Shown here: piece after piece, positions 47,501-48,197 of the stretch
How positions within the stretch are numbered: the stretch's first letter is position 1
Layout: each line of letters opens with the position of its first letter
Assembly: GCF_001194135.2 (NCBI RefSeq)
Contig: NC_068983.1
Span: forward strand, 137,507,169-137,555,365
DNA length: 48,197 nucleotides
Reading direction: 5' to 3'
From: Octopus bimaculoides
Lineage: Eukaryota
The notes under the pieces: generated by a model
What the model saw: the letters and a program-made list of their open reading frames with translations, nothing else
What the model was told of the DNA's origin: nothing
Database searches by the model: none
Position numbers and translations under genes: made by a program

Positions 47501-48197
47501 CGGCAGTAATTTTATTCAGCTAAATACACGTCATTGATTGGTTGAAATTACCGAAATACGACAACTTCAACACGAAATAACTTTGGAAATATAAACTTTT
47601 CGNNNNNNNNNNCGAAATACGACAACTTCAACACGAAATAACTTTGGAAATATAAACTTTTCGCAACAACACTAAGAGTAAAAGATGTTTTATATGACAC
47701 ATTCTACCAGCGTCAGAAGTTTGAAAGTGTTTAGTTTAAAAAACTTAATTTATCGACCTGCCAATCAAAACCAAAAGAGCACCCTCAGGTTTTTATACTG
47801 TCAAATAACAATAGATACATTGGTCTCCATCAAGGGTTGGTTAATAATATCGTCACTACTTTTTCAAAGATTACATTACGTAATTACACCCTATTTTCAT
47901 GGTTTCTCGAATATAAATATTTACTTGAATATAAATAATTTCAAACCCATTAACATTAAATAATATTTTACTGAAATTTGAAGCTTTGCTCAGCGGTGAT
48001 ATCATTATCATTGAGGTTTATCCAAGGCTAGTTGAAAACCTTAATTCAATAATTAAGAGAGTTATCGAACCTGAAGGCTCGAGAAACGACTATTTCAGCT
48101 ACCGTTGTCCATTCTCGGGTAGGTTTAATTTATTTCCATCACTTTGCTAGTATAAAATACTCAAAAATCGTTTAATGTGGTTCTTTTATTTTCACAT
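44592..48197 (+). repeat. Segmental duplication, copy B (3' flank of BTB gene 3)
   Basis: Collinear with 31705-34349; lacks about 33050-33830 of copy A and has a MITE cluster inserted at about 46006-47757. Confidence 0.9.
46006..47757. mobile_element. Composite/nested copies of the GG-TIR foldback MITE family (gap inside)
   Basis: ggatct starts at 46006 and 46122; taaccctaa/ttagggtt core; 46019-46120 and 47655-47757 are inverted repeats. Confidence 0.7.

Noticed and set aside
47560-47665. Direct repeat flanking a 10-N gap (similar case around the gap at 11203-11301)
   Set aside because: Likely a contig-overlap assembly artefact, or an internal repeat of the element.
1-48197. Prokaryotic systems (CRISPR arrays, operons), rRNA or bona fide tRNA genes
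   Set aside because: The sequence is intron-containing animal DNA; the tRNA-like boxes belong to SINE heads; no repeat-spacer arrays were seen.

Overview
AT-rich, repeat-dense eukaryotic (animal) DNA with several N gaps. The SINE/RTE repertoire looks like octopus or another coleoid cephalopod (inference from recalled repeat families). The main content is a tandem, same-strand (+) family of three spliced BTB/POZ genes: bodies at 14220-16378, 27982-30310 and 40654-43620, with conserved intron positions and no zinc fingers. Each body is preceded by a different short Arg/Glu-rich exon built from about 23-aa STPR-like repeats (9077-9355, 22874-23278, 39637-39840), each ending in a phase-0 GT donor. 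Joining these exons gives uninterrupted ORFs of 553, 577 and 608 aa with an unusual STPR-like + BTB + SUMO-motif-tail architecture. A fourth, frameshifted STPR-like exon (3548-3719) and a THAP exon (35024-35290), belonging to an ISL2EU/Harbinger-like transposase derivative, also end in phase-0 donors. The remainder is RTE, CR1/L2 and Penelope fragments, tRNA-derived SINEs, a hAT remnant, a Merlin transposase fragment, a GG-TIR/8-bp-TSD foldback MITE family, a Helentron-type element, palindromes, microsatellites, and a 31.7-34.3 kb / 44.6-48.2 kb segmental duplication. All splice joins are predicted from sequence only.
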